From an uncultured Lachnospiraceae bacterium (GTDB lineage: Bacteria > Bacillota > Clostridia > Christensenellales > UBA1242), in assembly GCA_964594865.1 (NCBI GenBank), contig CAZQMZ010000004.1:8952-72951 (forward strand): a stretch of DNA of 64,000 nt. Direction: 5' to 3'. How positions within the stretch are numbered: position 1 is the first letter of the stretch; each line of letters opens with the position of its first letter. Made by a program: the position numbers and the translations under genes. The notes below the pieces were generated by a model, which was not told the DNA's origin, did no database searches, and saw only the letters and a program-made list of their open reading frames with translations. Of this stretch, positions 18,290 through 28,800 are shown piece by piece.

Positions 18290-19236
18290 AGATATTTAAC
18301 CTCCAAAATTTTTAGCAAAAAGTTGTCAACCGCCACATTCAAATTGGCATTAAACTCCAATCTTTCACGAAAACGCGAAATAAGTTTGAAAATTTCACAA
18401 AGTGCTTCAACAGAATATTCCGCTTCGACATCTTTGAACGCATCAAGATATGGCGTCAACCTGCAAAGTGCTTCACTATCGCATTTGAGTTTTATCATGT
18501 CTTCAATCGCAAAAGAAATCACTTGCAAAATAATCTCCAAGTTTTGCTTTTGGTCAAGAAATTTTTTGGAATATTTGATGACATCTCGACTGCCTTTCAT
18601 TTCACAAATCAAGCTTATGGCAAAGTTGACAATGTTTTTCAGGTCAGATTTCTTTTCAAACTCCAAAGTCTTTCCAATGTAACCTTCGCCCAAAATTATG
18701 GAAAGGTCATCACGACAAATCTTTTGGATTTCTTCTTTGGAAAGAGGCTTGATTTTGATTTTGTCACATCTCGATTTGATGGTGGGCAAAACTTTCTCTT
18801 CACTCTTTGCCGACAAAATGAAAAAAACATTCTTTGGCGGTTCTTCAAGCACTTTCAACAATTTGTTTTGCGCTTCTTCTGTGGAAACATCAAAATTGTT
18901 GATTATGAAAATCTTGTATGGCAAATTGACCGGTTTGACATATGCTTCCGCCACGATGTCATTGCTGTCGGCAACAAGCAACTTTTCGCCGTTTTTTGGA
19001 TATAACTTGACATCCAAATCCACTCCACTTTCCACTCGAACAAACTCTGCGCTCTTTTCATCCATAAGTTCAAAGGTTGGAAATTCCAACAGAAGTGCGG
19101 TCAAAACAAGAGTTGTTCGGCTTGTCAAATCATCCTCACAGAAAAACAAAAGGGAATTTTTCAACGTTCCACTCTCTTTTTTCTTGCGAATATTTTCAAA
19201 AAACTCTTGCTTCTTTATAATTTGGGTTACATCCAT
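18280..19236 (-). CDS. holB: DNA polymerase III subunit delta' (HolB)
   Basis: 318 aa. AAA+-like without an intact Walker A; KLLKVLEEPP and PTIKSRC motifs. Confidence 0.8.
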   Translation of the reverse strand: MDVTQIIKKQEFFENIRKKKESGTLKNSLLFFCEDDLTSRTTLVLTALLLEFPTFELMDEKSAEFVRVESGVDLDVKLYPKNGEKLLVADSNDIVAEAYVKPVNLPYKIFIINNFDVSTEEAQNKLLKVLEEPPKNVFFILSAKSEEKVLPTIKSRCDKIKIKPLSKEEIQKICRDDLSIILGEGYIGKTLEFEKKSDLKNIVNFAISLICEMKGSRDVIKYSKKFLDQKQNLEIILQVISFAIEDMIKLKCDSEALCRLTPYLDAFKDVEAEYSVEALCEIFKLISRFRERLEFNANLNVAVDNFLLKILEVKYLCK

Positions 19237-19316
19237 GCTATGATTTTAGCATATTTTCACAAAAAAATCAAAATTTAAGTGTAATAAATTGAAAAAAGGA
19301 CAAAATTTGTCCTTTC

Positions 19317-21932
19317 TTATGTTTTCTTAATCTTTTTTGAAATCTTTCGCTCAATCCATTTATATATTTCTCCAATAAAGATGATGGACATGGAAAGCAC
19401 AAGCACAACAATCCAGCTCCAAAAGTCAAGTTTTTCAAGTTGAAGCAAATTTCCAAGCCCTGTGCAAGCCATCAGCAACAAAAGCGCAAAGCCAAATATG
19501 AGTGACCCGGTGAAAAATTTGTTTTTAAATGGATTGCTCTTGAAACAAAAATCTTTTGTGCGAGCCGTGAACATGAAGAAAAGTTGAATGAGATTGAGAG
19601 TATAGAACGCCATTGTGATTGCCACACTTTCGCCTTGCATGAAAAAGCCATAAAGATATGCGCACATCGTCAAAGCCGTTTGCACAAAACCTAAAACAAG
19701 AAGTGAGACGCCCATTCCTCCGCCAAACAGCCCTTCATCTTTTTTACGCGGGTTCTCTTCCATAACTTCACTTTCAACCGGCTCCGTTCCCAAAGCAATC
19801 GCTGGCAAACTGTCGGTGATTATGTTCACAAACAAAATTTGCACAGGCAAAAGAAATGTCAAGCTCGGAAAGAAAACAGTCAGCAAAAACAGCGACAAAA
19901 TTTCCGCCATATTCGCCGAAAAAAGATATTTGACAGTCTTTTGAATGTTGCTGTATATCTTACGTCCTTCTTCCACAGCCACGACAATTGTGGCAAAATT
20001 GTCGTCCGTAATGAGAATGTCGGCAACATCTTTTGTGACATCCGTTCCGGTTTTACCCATTCCAATGCCAATGTCCGCCTTTTTCAAACTTGGAGCATCG
20101 TTGACTCCATCACCGGTCATTGCCACAATGTGCCCATTTTTTTTGAGTGCTTCCACAATTCTCACTTTATGCTGTGGACTAACTCTGGCAAAAACACACT
20201 TGTTTTCAACAATTTTTTCAAATTCTTGATCGGAAAATTTGTCAATATCTTCACCTGAAATCACTTCGTCTATGTTTTTGACTATCCCCACTTTTTTTGC
20301 AATTGCAAAAGCGGTGTCTTTATAGTCGCCCGTGATCATCACTGCTCTCATGCCTGCTTTTCGACATTTTTTGACTGCTTCTTCAATTTCAGGACGAGGT
20401 GGATCTTGCAAACCACAGAGTCCCAAAAAAACAAAGCCTGTCTCTTCAATTTTTTCGTCAACATTTTGTTTGAAAGCAAAACTTATCACTCTCAAAGCGT
20501 GATCGCACATCTTTTTGTTTTGATTTAAGATTTTTTTCTTTATACTTTCATCAAGTGGCAAAATTTTGTTGTTGGTCATATATGAATCACAGCAATTCAA
20601 AACTCTGTCAAGCGCGCCCTTCATGAAACAAATTTTTTCGCCTTGCACAAGGTTTAAAGTGGTCATCATTTTACGTTGTGAATTGAAAGAAAGTTCGTTC
20701 AACCTTGGATTATTTTTCTCAACTTCTTGTTTGTTAATTTGAAAAGATTTTGCAAAATCGGCAAGAGCAACCTCTGTTGAACCTCCAACATAACCACTTT
20801 CACCAACTTGCGCATCGTTGCAAAGCACCATGGCATTTAAAAAAATCGAAAAAGATTCGCTTTTTTTATCAAAAAATGTGAAAAAATCTTCAATTTTCAT
20901 CTTGTTTTGTGTTATTGTTCCTGTTTTATCCGAACAAATCACATCACAAGAGCCAAGCGTTTCAACAGCATGCATACGTTTGACGATTGCCTTTTGTTTG
21001 GAGAGTTTTGCAATACCCAAACTCATGATGATTGTGATGACCGCCGGCATACTTTCTGGAATTGCGGCGACCGAAATTGCAACCGCTGTCAAAAATGCTT
21101 GTAAAATTTCTGTCGGATTGGCAATTGCTTCCAAGATGAATGTTATGCAAGCCATAAGCAAGATGACATAAGTTAAAACTTTTCCAACACCTTGTATGCT
21201 CTTTTGTAATGGAGTCATATCTTTCTTGGTGTTTTTCAAACTTTCAGCAATCTTTCCAATCTCACTTTCTTGCCCAATTGCCACAACCACACCCTTGCCA
21301 TGGCCATTTTCCACAATACTGCTTGCAAATGCCATATTCCTTCTGTCCGCAAGTGGCACATCCTTTTCATAGATATATTCTGCGTGTTTTTCCACAGGTT
21401 CGCTTTCGCCGGTTAGAGAAGCTTCGTTCAACTTTATATTGGAAGTTTCAATCAGCCTTAAATCTGCTGGCACAATGCTTCCCGCTTCCAAACAAACAAC
21501 ATCCCCATGAACAAGTTCGGAAGTTTTGATTTTGAAAATTTTTCCGTCACGAAAAACTTTTGTTTCTGGTTGTGTCATATTTTTCAAACTTTCAATAGCC
21601 TTTTCACTCTTCCGCTCTTGATAGACGCCGAAAAGAGCATTCATGACAACAATTCCAAGAATAATTACACCATCAATAACTTCGCTGGAAGAACTTTCAA
21701 CAATGCCAATAACAATTGAAAGCACCGCCGAAACCAACAGCACAAGCACCATAAGTTCTTTGATTTGTGACAAAAATTTTGATATAAAAGACTGCTTTTT
21801 CTGCGGTTTTATCTGCACTTTGCGCGCATTGGAAGAACGAGAATTAACTTCCATCAAACTCAGCCCATTGTTTCTTGTTCCCACAACCTGCAAACATTCG
21901 TCAACAGAAAATTGATAATATTTCTTTTCCAC
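19317..21932 (-). CDS. P-type Ca2+-transporting ATPase (SERCA/PMCA/YloB-like)
   Basis: Motifs TGES, CSDKTGTITQN and MTGDGVNDAPSLKKADIG, with 10-TM topology. The apparent start is GTG behind GGAGAA. Confidence 0.9.
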   Translation of the reverse strand: MEKKYYQFSVDECLQVVGTRNNGLSLMEVNSRSSNARKVQIKPQKKQSFISKFLSQIKELMVLVLLVSAVLSIVIGIVESSSSEVIDGVIILGIVVMNALFGVYQERKSEKAIESLKNMTQPETKVFRDGKIFKIKTSELVHGDVVCLEAGSIVPADLRLIETSNIKLNEASLTGESEPVEKHAEYIYEKDVPLADRRNMAFASSIVENGHGKGVVVAIGQESEIGKIAESLKNTKKDMTPLQKSIQGVGKVLTYVILLMACITFILEAIANPTEILQAFLTAVAISVAAIPESMPAVITIIMSLGIAKLSKQKAIVKRMHAVETLGSCDVICSDKTGTITQNKMKIEDFFTFFDKKSESFSIFLNAMVLCNDAQVGESGYVGGSTEVALADFAKSFQINKQEVEKNNPRLNELSFNSQRKMMTTLNLVQGEKICFMKGALDRVLNCCDSYMTNNKILPLDESIKKKILNQNKKMCDHALRVISFAFKQNVDEKIEETGFVFLGLCGLQDPPRPEIEEAVKKCRKAGMRAVMITGDYKDTAFAIAKKVGIVKNIDEVISGEDIDKFSDQEFEKIVENKCVFARVSPQHKVRIVEALKKNGHIVAMTGDGVNDAPSLKKADIGIGMGKTGTDVTKDVADILITDDNFATIVVAVEEGRKIYSNIQKTVKYLFSANMAEILSLFLLTVFFPSLTFLLPVQILFVNIITDSLPAIALGTEPVESEVMEENPRKKDEGLFGGGMGVSLLVLGFVQTALTMCAYLYGFFMQGESVAITMAFYTLNLIQLFFMFTARTKDFCFKSNPFKNKFFTGSLIFGFALLLLMACTGLGNLLQLEKLDFWSWIVVLVLSMSIIFIGEIYKWIERKISKKIKKT

Positions 21933-21992
21933 AACTTCTCCTGACGTATCATACTTTGAAGTTGTCCCAATTTATGCATCTTCGACAAATTT

Positions 21993-22748
21993 TTACATGA
22001 AGAACAGAGAAATGACGGCAATGACGGCAAGATAATATGAAAACCATTTCAGGCTGGATTTAACAGTGAGCTTAACCATCAGTTTTATGGCAAAAATTCC
22101 TGTCAAAAAGGCTGTTATAAATGAAATTATGGTCGGCAAAATCGGCACACTCAAAACAACTTCACCTGTGACAACATCATAAATTTCCATTATAAGAGAA
22201 AGAAAAATGATTGGAATGGACATCAAAAATGAGAATTTGGCGACCTGATTTTTGTCTTTTCCACACACAAGTCCGGCACTTATTGTCGAACCAGAACGTG
22301 AAATGCCGGGAAAGACAGCAAACCCTTGCGCAACCCCCATCAAAAACGCTGTTTTATTGTCAAAAGTGTTGGATTTTTTATTTAATATTTCTGCAAGCAT
22401 CAATATGACCGCTGACAACGCAAAACAAAGTGGCAATGCCCCGCCCATGAAAGACAACTTGATGAGAGGCATAAACAAAAGAGCAATCACACAAGTTGGA
22501 ATGGTTGCGATGACAATTTGTATTGTTTCTTTGGAAAATGGATGCCTTATCATCTGCCAAACATCTTTATAATAGACAACACAAATGGAAAGCAAAGTGG
22601 CAACATGAAGCAAAATACTGACAAACAAACTCTCTTCAATTCCAAAAATTTTTGAAAAAAGCACCAAATGTCCAGAAGAAGAAACAGGAAGAAACTCTGT
22701 CAGTCCCTGAATCAAACCCAACAAAAATAAAGCAAGAGTGATGTTCAT
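21993..22748 (-). CDS. uppP: Undecaprenyl-diphosphate phosphatase (UppP/BacA)
   Basis: Motifs LIQGLTEFLPVSSSGHL and GISRSGSTI. Confidence 0.9.
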   Translation of the reverse strand: MNITLALFLLGLIQGLTEFLPVSSSGHLVLFSKIFGIEESLFVSILLHVATLLSICVVYYKDVWQMIRHPFSKETIQIVIATIPTCVIALLFMPLIKLSFMGGALPLCFALSAVILMLAEILNKKSNTFDNKTAFLMGVAQGFAVFPGISRSGSTISAGLVCGKDKNQVAKFSFLMSIPIIFLSLIMEIYDVVTGEVVLSVPILPTIISFITAFLTGIFAIKLMVKLTVKSSLKWFSYYLAVIAVISLFFM

Positions 22749-22813
22749 TGCAAACCTCTTGCTTTATTTTATTTAATTTATGGCAATAGTATTCTTTGTA
22801 TGCTTCAAACATT

Positions 22814-25800
22814 CTATCGTTTTGCCAATTCTTCACGTGCTTTCTTACGTCTTCGATTTATCCAAATTGAAACAACCAAGACGATGATCAAGAGAAGAAC
22901 GATTGCAATAATGAGGAAAATCCACCAAATGGATGACTCTCCACGTGTGATTGTGGCATAACTTGTCACAACTCCGAACAAGCCGTCATATCTTGTTTCA
23001 CTGTAAACTTGTGCAAGACTTATTCCCAGAATTGAATGGTTGTTGAAATTGAATGTTCCGCCGAAAGGATTTTCTTCCGTTCCGATTGGCGTCCAAAACT
23101 TTTCCGAAAGATTGAGATTGTTCATGACGATATATGCGCAGTCTCGGTATCTCAATCCGTTGGAACTGAATTCTCCGCTATTGACAAGTTTCATCATCAA
23201 AACCAAATCTTCAATCGTGTAAATTCGGAATGGATCGCTTGCAGTGCCACTTCCTTGGAAGACATCACTCACTTCAGTGTCTTCCCACATCAATCTTGTG
23301 AAGACGATGTATATGCTGATCGTGCCGGCTATGTCATTTGAATCAAGAAAATCTGCGCTGAGAGAAATCAATCCATCTGAATATTCCAAATCAATGATTT
23401 GCCCCATGCTGTTCAAATATACTCTGGACACTTGATACCTTGGATTTTCAACCACAGAAAATTCAATTGTTCCTTCACGTGCAACGTCGACCTGAGTGAC
23501 GGTTGAACGGTTGTATCTCACATATCCCGCAGCTTGAGCATTGTTGTTGTCGGTTGCATCCGAAAGTTCCTGATCCAACAATTGGAAGAAATAAACTGAC
23601 AAAATTTCATTGTTGAACTCTGGAATGATTTCAATGGTTGCAGAGCCTGTCGAAAATTCTGGCTTGACCGTGAATGTGAAATAATATAATCCATTTGAAT
23701 AATTGTTCAACACGATATCAAAGTTGTCTGTCAAATCGGAGCCTTCAGTCGAAACTACTTTCCATGTGACAGCATATCCAGATCTAATCATGACAGAAAT
23801 CGTCACCGTGTCTCCAACTGCAACGTCAACGCTTGTTCTGGTTTTGTTGAACGAACTTCCGCTGTAAGTTCCCAAGGTGTAATACGTCGTTGCACTGTTG
23901 ATGGTCGTTGTTTGTAAGCCTACAATCAGTCCGTTTGTGCTGTCATAACTTGAAAAGTCAAGAGTGACAGGCAAACCGGTTAGATACAGAAGCAACGTCA
24001 GTCGATTGTTTATCGTGTATGTTTGAGAAACATTTGTTGATGTTTGCAAAGTGGTTGCATTGACCCATCTTGAGAATGAATATCCTTCGCCAGGTATTGC
24101 TTGAATTGTGAAACTTGTTGTTGTGTCAACATATCCTTCTGAAAGAAGTTGTCTTGCTTGACTTGAATCTTCGACATCTTGCGTGATTGTGTATGTTGCA
24201 TCTCCGCCCATCAAATAAACATTCACTTCGGCAAAATAGACCACTTGCACAACGCATTCGACAATGTTGTCATATGAGTTTGTCGACCAAAGCAATCTGT
24301 TCGAATATGATGTGACATCTGAAAGCCAAGTGCCAGTGATTGTCTTTTGACTTATGACAAACTTATAGAATTTATATCCATCAATTTCCGGTGCAACAAA
24401 ATATATGTCATTATTGAAAGCCACTTCAATGTAATATGGTGATGAAGAATAGAACCACGAATTGCTTGAATCCACTCCACTGACCATATCTTGCGCTGTG
24501 ATGCCCGTGATGATGCTTGGAACAAAGTCAAAAGTGATGCGCGTTTTCAAATATGATTGATATAGATAGAGTGTAATTGTGAGATCTCCGTCTTGTCCGC
24601 TTGTGTTTTCCGTGAAGACATATTTTCCTGTGATTGAGTCGAGAGTATAACCGCTTTCCAACCATGCTCCTGTCACTTGCCCAAGCGAGTCGATGTATTG
24701 CACTCCCGCACCGTTTTGATATGTGAAATATCCTTCAAAATAATGTGTGGAAGATTCAATCACAAGGTTGAGCACATTGTTGACAAAGGAAATTCTGCTG
24801 TCCAAAATTTCAATGTTGTCTGAATTGCTGATTGAAAGGTCAAGTGTGGAATTGTATTTGACATTATAAATTCTCACAAGCACATTGCCATTTTCTTTCA
24901 ACTCAACAGTGTAAGTTTCTGGTGTCAAAACAATGTTTATAACCTGTAAATCGAGATAGCCCTTGACAACAAATGTGATTTTTCCTGTATAACCGGTGTC
25001 GGTTATTGAAAGATCTTCATAAGAAACATCAAACACCAAAACATCCAACAAATCGTTGCCTTCGGCATCGACAAATGTCGCGTTGTTGCCATAGAACCCT
25101 GCTTTGACGTATGCTGTCACAGTGAATTCGCTGTCTGTATATGCAACCACAGTGACAGAACTATATCCGTCGCCCGATGTCCAAACTTGTCTTGTTGTGG
25201 TGGAATAGGTCACATCAATTTTTCCGCCATTGACAACTTCTCCGTTATCGACAAAGGAAATTTCAATGACGTTTTGATTTGGTGTGTAAATCGCCGTGAT
25301 TTCAACCCCTGTCATTCCGCCAACAATTCCGCTGATGGCGTATATATAAAAGTCTTCACCGGTTGTGACCAAATCAATTTTTATGACATTTTCAAGATTG
25401 CTGATCAGTTTTTCAAAGACATAGCCATCGCGTGCTGTGGAAACTTTGATGTATATCACGTCGTTTGTGTAAGCAATCACTTGGAAATTCCTTGAAGATG
25501 TCCAAGTTCCATAGTGAACAGTGCTTCCAACAACATATCCATGATCATTGACATCACTTCCGTCACTTCCAACAAGAGTGAGTGAGCCAACAGAGTTGTC
25601 TTGCGAATAAGTTCCATTGATGTCAATTTGTGTGTTGAATTGGATGTATACAGATTGCGAAACGATGACAATATAGATGTTCTCTGCGGAAATCTGCCCC
25701 ATGTCAGAAGACCTTAAAGTCACGTCCACTGTTGTGGTTGAAGCTTGAGTGTTTTGTTCAATATATTCAAACCCTTCACCAGTTTCATAGCCATATCCAT

Positions 25801-28800
25801 AATATATATATCCTTCTGGCAACACAAAAGAAACTATCACGTTGACACCATAGGCAAGTGTAATGGATGTCACAGGGACATCGTCATAAAGAATTTCTGC
25901 TTCCGTCAAAGTGTAGACATCAACAAGATCGCCGTTTGCATTATAGACCTGACTGAAAATATATGTCGCAAGATTGATTTCATACTCACCTTCGGAAAAG
26001 ATTGCATAGATTGTTTCACTTTGAGAGATTTGATAGGTGAGCGGATTTTCTGTCTCCCACTGAGTTTCACCGTCCTTGCTCCATGTTGAAAATGTGCCAC
26101 GTGCCTCAATAGCACGAAGTTCAACATATTCTCCAAATGCAACTTCCAGTGTTGTGTAAGACGAATCTCCATACAAAATTTCCGCCGTGTTTCCGGACGA
26201 TTCAATTCGCTCTCCGTTTTCACCGTATGTGATCACCACCACAGTGATTGTGAACATTGTTGCTTTGGAGTTGATGTTAATCGTTCCGTCATTTTTGATG
26301 TCGGTCACGGTGAAGCGATAATATCCCGCCCAAGAACCTTCTTCAACAAGTTCACAAGTGATTGTGAAGCCCGTGTCACCTGCATCAAAATTGTCGAATT
26401 CATAGCCATATATATACGAAACATAGAATTGGAATGTGTTGCCAGTCAACACTTCAAATGTTGTTGTCGATTGATTAAAACCGCCAACAATCAATTGACT
26501 CACAACACTTGAATCGCTGAAATTTATCGTCACTGCATTTCTTCTTGCTTCTTCAACAACAGTGAACGATGTGTCTTGATTGATTCCGGAAATTTGCAAG
26601 GTCAAAATGTTTTCGTCTTCAATCTCGGTTATCAGCAAGCCTTCACTTCCAGAATATTGATAACTACTTACAACATAACCATCAATTAGAGTTATAACCA
26701 ATTTGATTGTCTTGCCTGTCGCAACAGTGAAAACCCCACCTGTTCCAGTAATTTCTTCTTCACCGTCGTCTGTCACATCATACATGACAACGCTTGCAAT
26801 GTTTGTTCCAGAAATTGTCACACTGTTTTCATTGGCGCTCACAGGAACAGTCACTTCGATGTCGCTTGCTGGCATTGTCAATGTCACAACGACATCATTG
26901 TTTTGATATACAGCTGAGAAATAGTTTCCGAAATCTCCCCAATTTGTCAAAAGTGTATAGCCCGTATTTGCACTGACAGTGAACGAAACGGTGGCATTAT
27001 ATTCCACAGTTGCGGTGTATGTGAAAGTTGCTTCGTCATATGTGAATGTCAAGTCGTCGCTGACAATTGTGCTGTTTGGAGAATAGATCGTCAAAGTGTA
27101 TGTTCGAATTCGCCAATATGCAACCAAAGTATGATCTTCTTCAGTTGAAACAATCGTCACAGAAGTCACAGGATCTCCATTCGAAAAAGTCCAATATACA
27201 AATTCGTATCCTTCACGTGTTGGAACAGGAAGATTGTCATAGCTTTGTCCAAAGGTCACTGTTATGTATGTCGTTTCGCACACTCCTTCATTTGCATTAA
27301 AATAGACCTTAACTTCTTTCGCTTCAAATTCTGGAGTCAATGTGATGTCGATGTATCTGGCATTCGTTGAAGAGTTTCCCAGAAGTGAAGTGAAATATGT
27401 GCTGGCAAAATCATCAATTAAAATTAAAGGTTCTCCAATATAAATTCCTGTGAAATCATAGCCATATCTTTTGATGTCAGCAAGCACTGAAAGTGTGTAA
27501 TTTTGAAGGTCAAAATAATTGACTGTCCACAAATATATGTTTTCAGTTGACGTCTGAGTGAAATTGCTGTTGTTTATATCTGCATCAGCGCAATCGGTCA
27601 AATCAAGATATATGTTGATTTGTTGAACATAAAATCTCACCGAAATGTCTGTGTCTTCTGTCAAAATTATTGTGATGACATAAGAATTTCCGTTGACTGT
27701 GACATTTGAGATTTCTGTTTGTCCATTGAAGAAACCATAATATGAATAATGATCATTTGCAGTTGCAACAATCTTGAAGGTTGTGCCATAAAGAAATTCG
27801 TTGTTTCCACTTAAATTAATTACTTCTTCAGATTCGTCATCATTTACGAGATAGACTGTCACCGTTCCACAAGCAGAATTGTCAGTGCCGTTTTCGTCTT
27901 GCACGGAAACAGTCAAAGAATAGGAATTTATCTCCCAATTTGCTGTGAAAGTGATTGAAAGATATCCGTCGTTGAAGTTGCTATCTTCGAGATAATAAAG
28001 TCCAAACAAATTGTTCTCATCTTCCAAAAGTGCCTTAATCAAGTTCACAGTCGACTCGTTGTTGGAAACAATGATGTTGTATGTGCCCTCCACAACTGAA
28101 AGAGAATATGTTGAAATCAAGTTATCCAAAAATGTCTGTTGAGTTGCGCTCAAGCTTTCAAAATTCATTGTCCAATAAAGGAAACGATATCCTTCACGTG
28201 TTGGAGATGTTGGAAAACTTGCTGAACTTGAAGAAGAATTGTCTGTCAAGGAAGATCTTGAAGTGAAAGGATAGGACAATTCGGACAAGAGATTGGAAAC
28301 TCCTGTCGAAACTTCTTCTCCAACTTCTGCGTTCAAATCAAATGTCACTTGAATTTCGACCGCCAAAATTGCCCCCAAAACATATGGTGAAATGGTGTAA
28401 TTCTCGGCATCAGTTCCATCAATAGTGAACGTCACAACAAGATTGGTTCCAGGAAGATGGGTGGAATAAGTAGCACCTGTCAACGAAACGATGTCGCCAT
28501 AAAGAATTCCTGAAACTGTGAGAAGGCCTATGCCTGTGACATCAGAATTTCCGTCATATTTTTTGGTGAAGATTGTCTGCAAATCTGTCACGCCGTCCGC
28601 TGCACTATACGTGAGTTCTTTTTGCAAAATCACCAAATTTGCAGGACTTTCTTGTCGAATGTTGTCCACCAAATATTCATTAATGAGAAAATCGCTTGCA
28701 CTATAGGTGAAACGCAATTCATATACTCCCACTTTCAAATTGCCAGAAGAAGAATAACTTGCGTTCAAAACTGAAATTGAGATTGAGACACTACTGTTTT

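Noticed and set aside
21981-21987. A second Spo0A-box heptamer (TGTCGAA on the minus strand) upstream of the Ca2+-ATPase gene.
   Set aside because: It is a single heptamer with only a weak -35/-10 context (CATAAA-17-TATGAT). That is not enough to call regulation.
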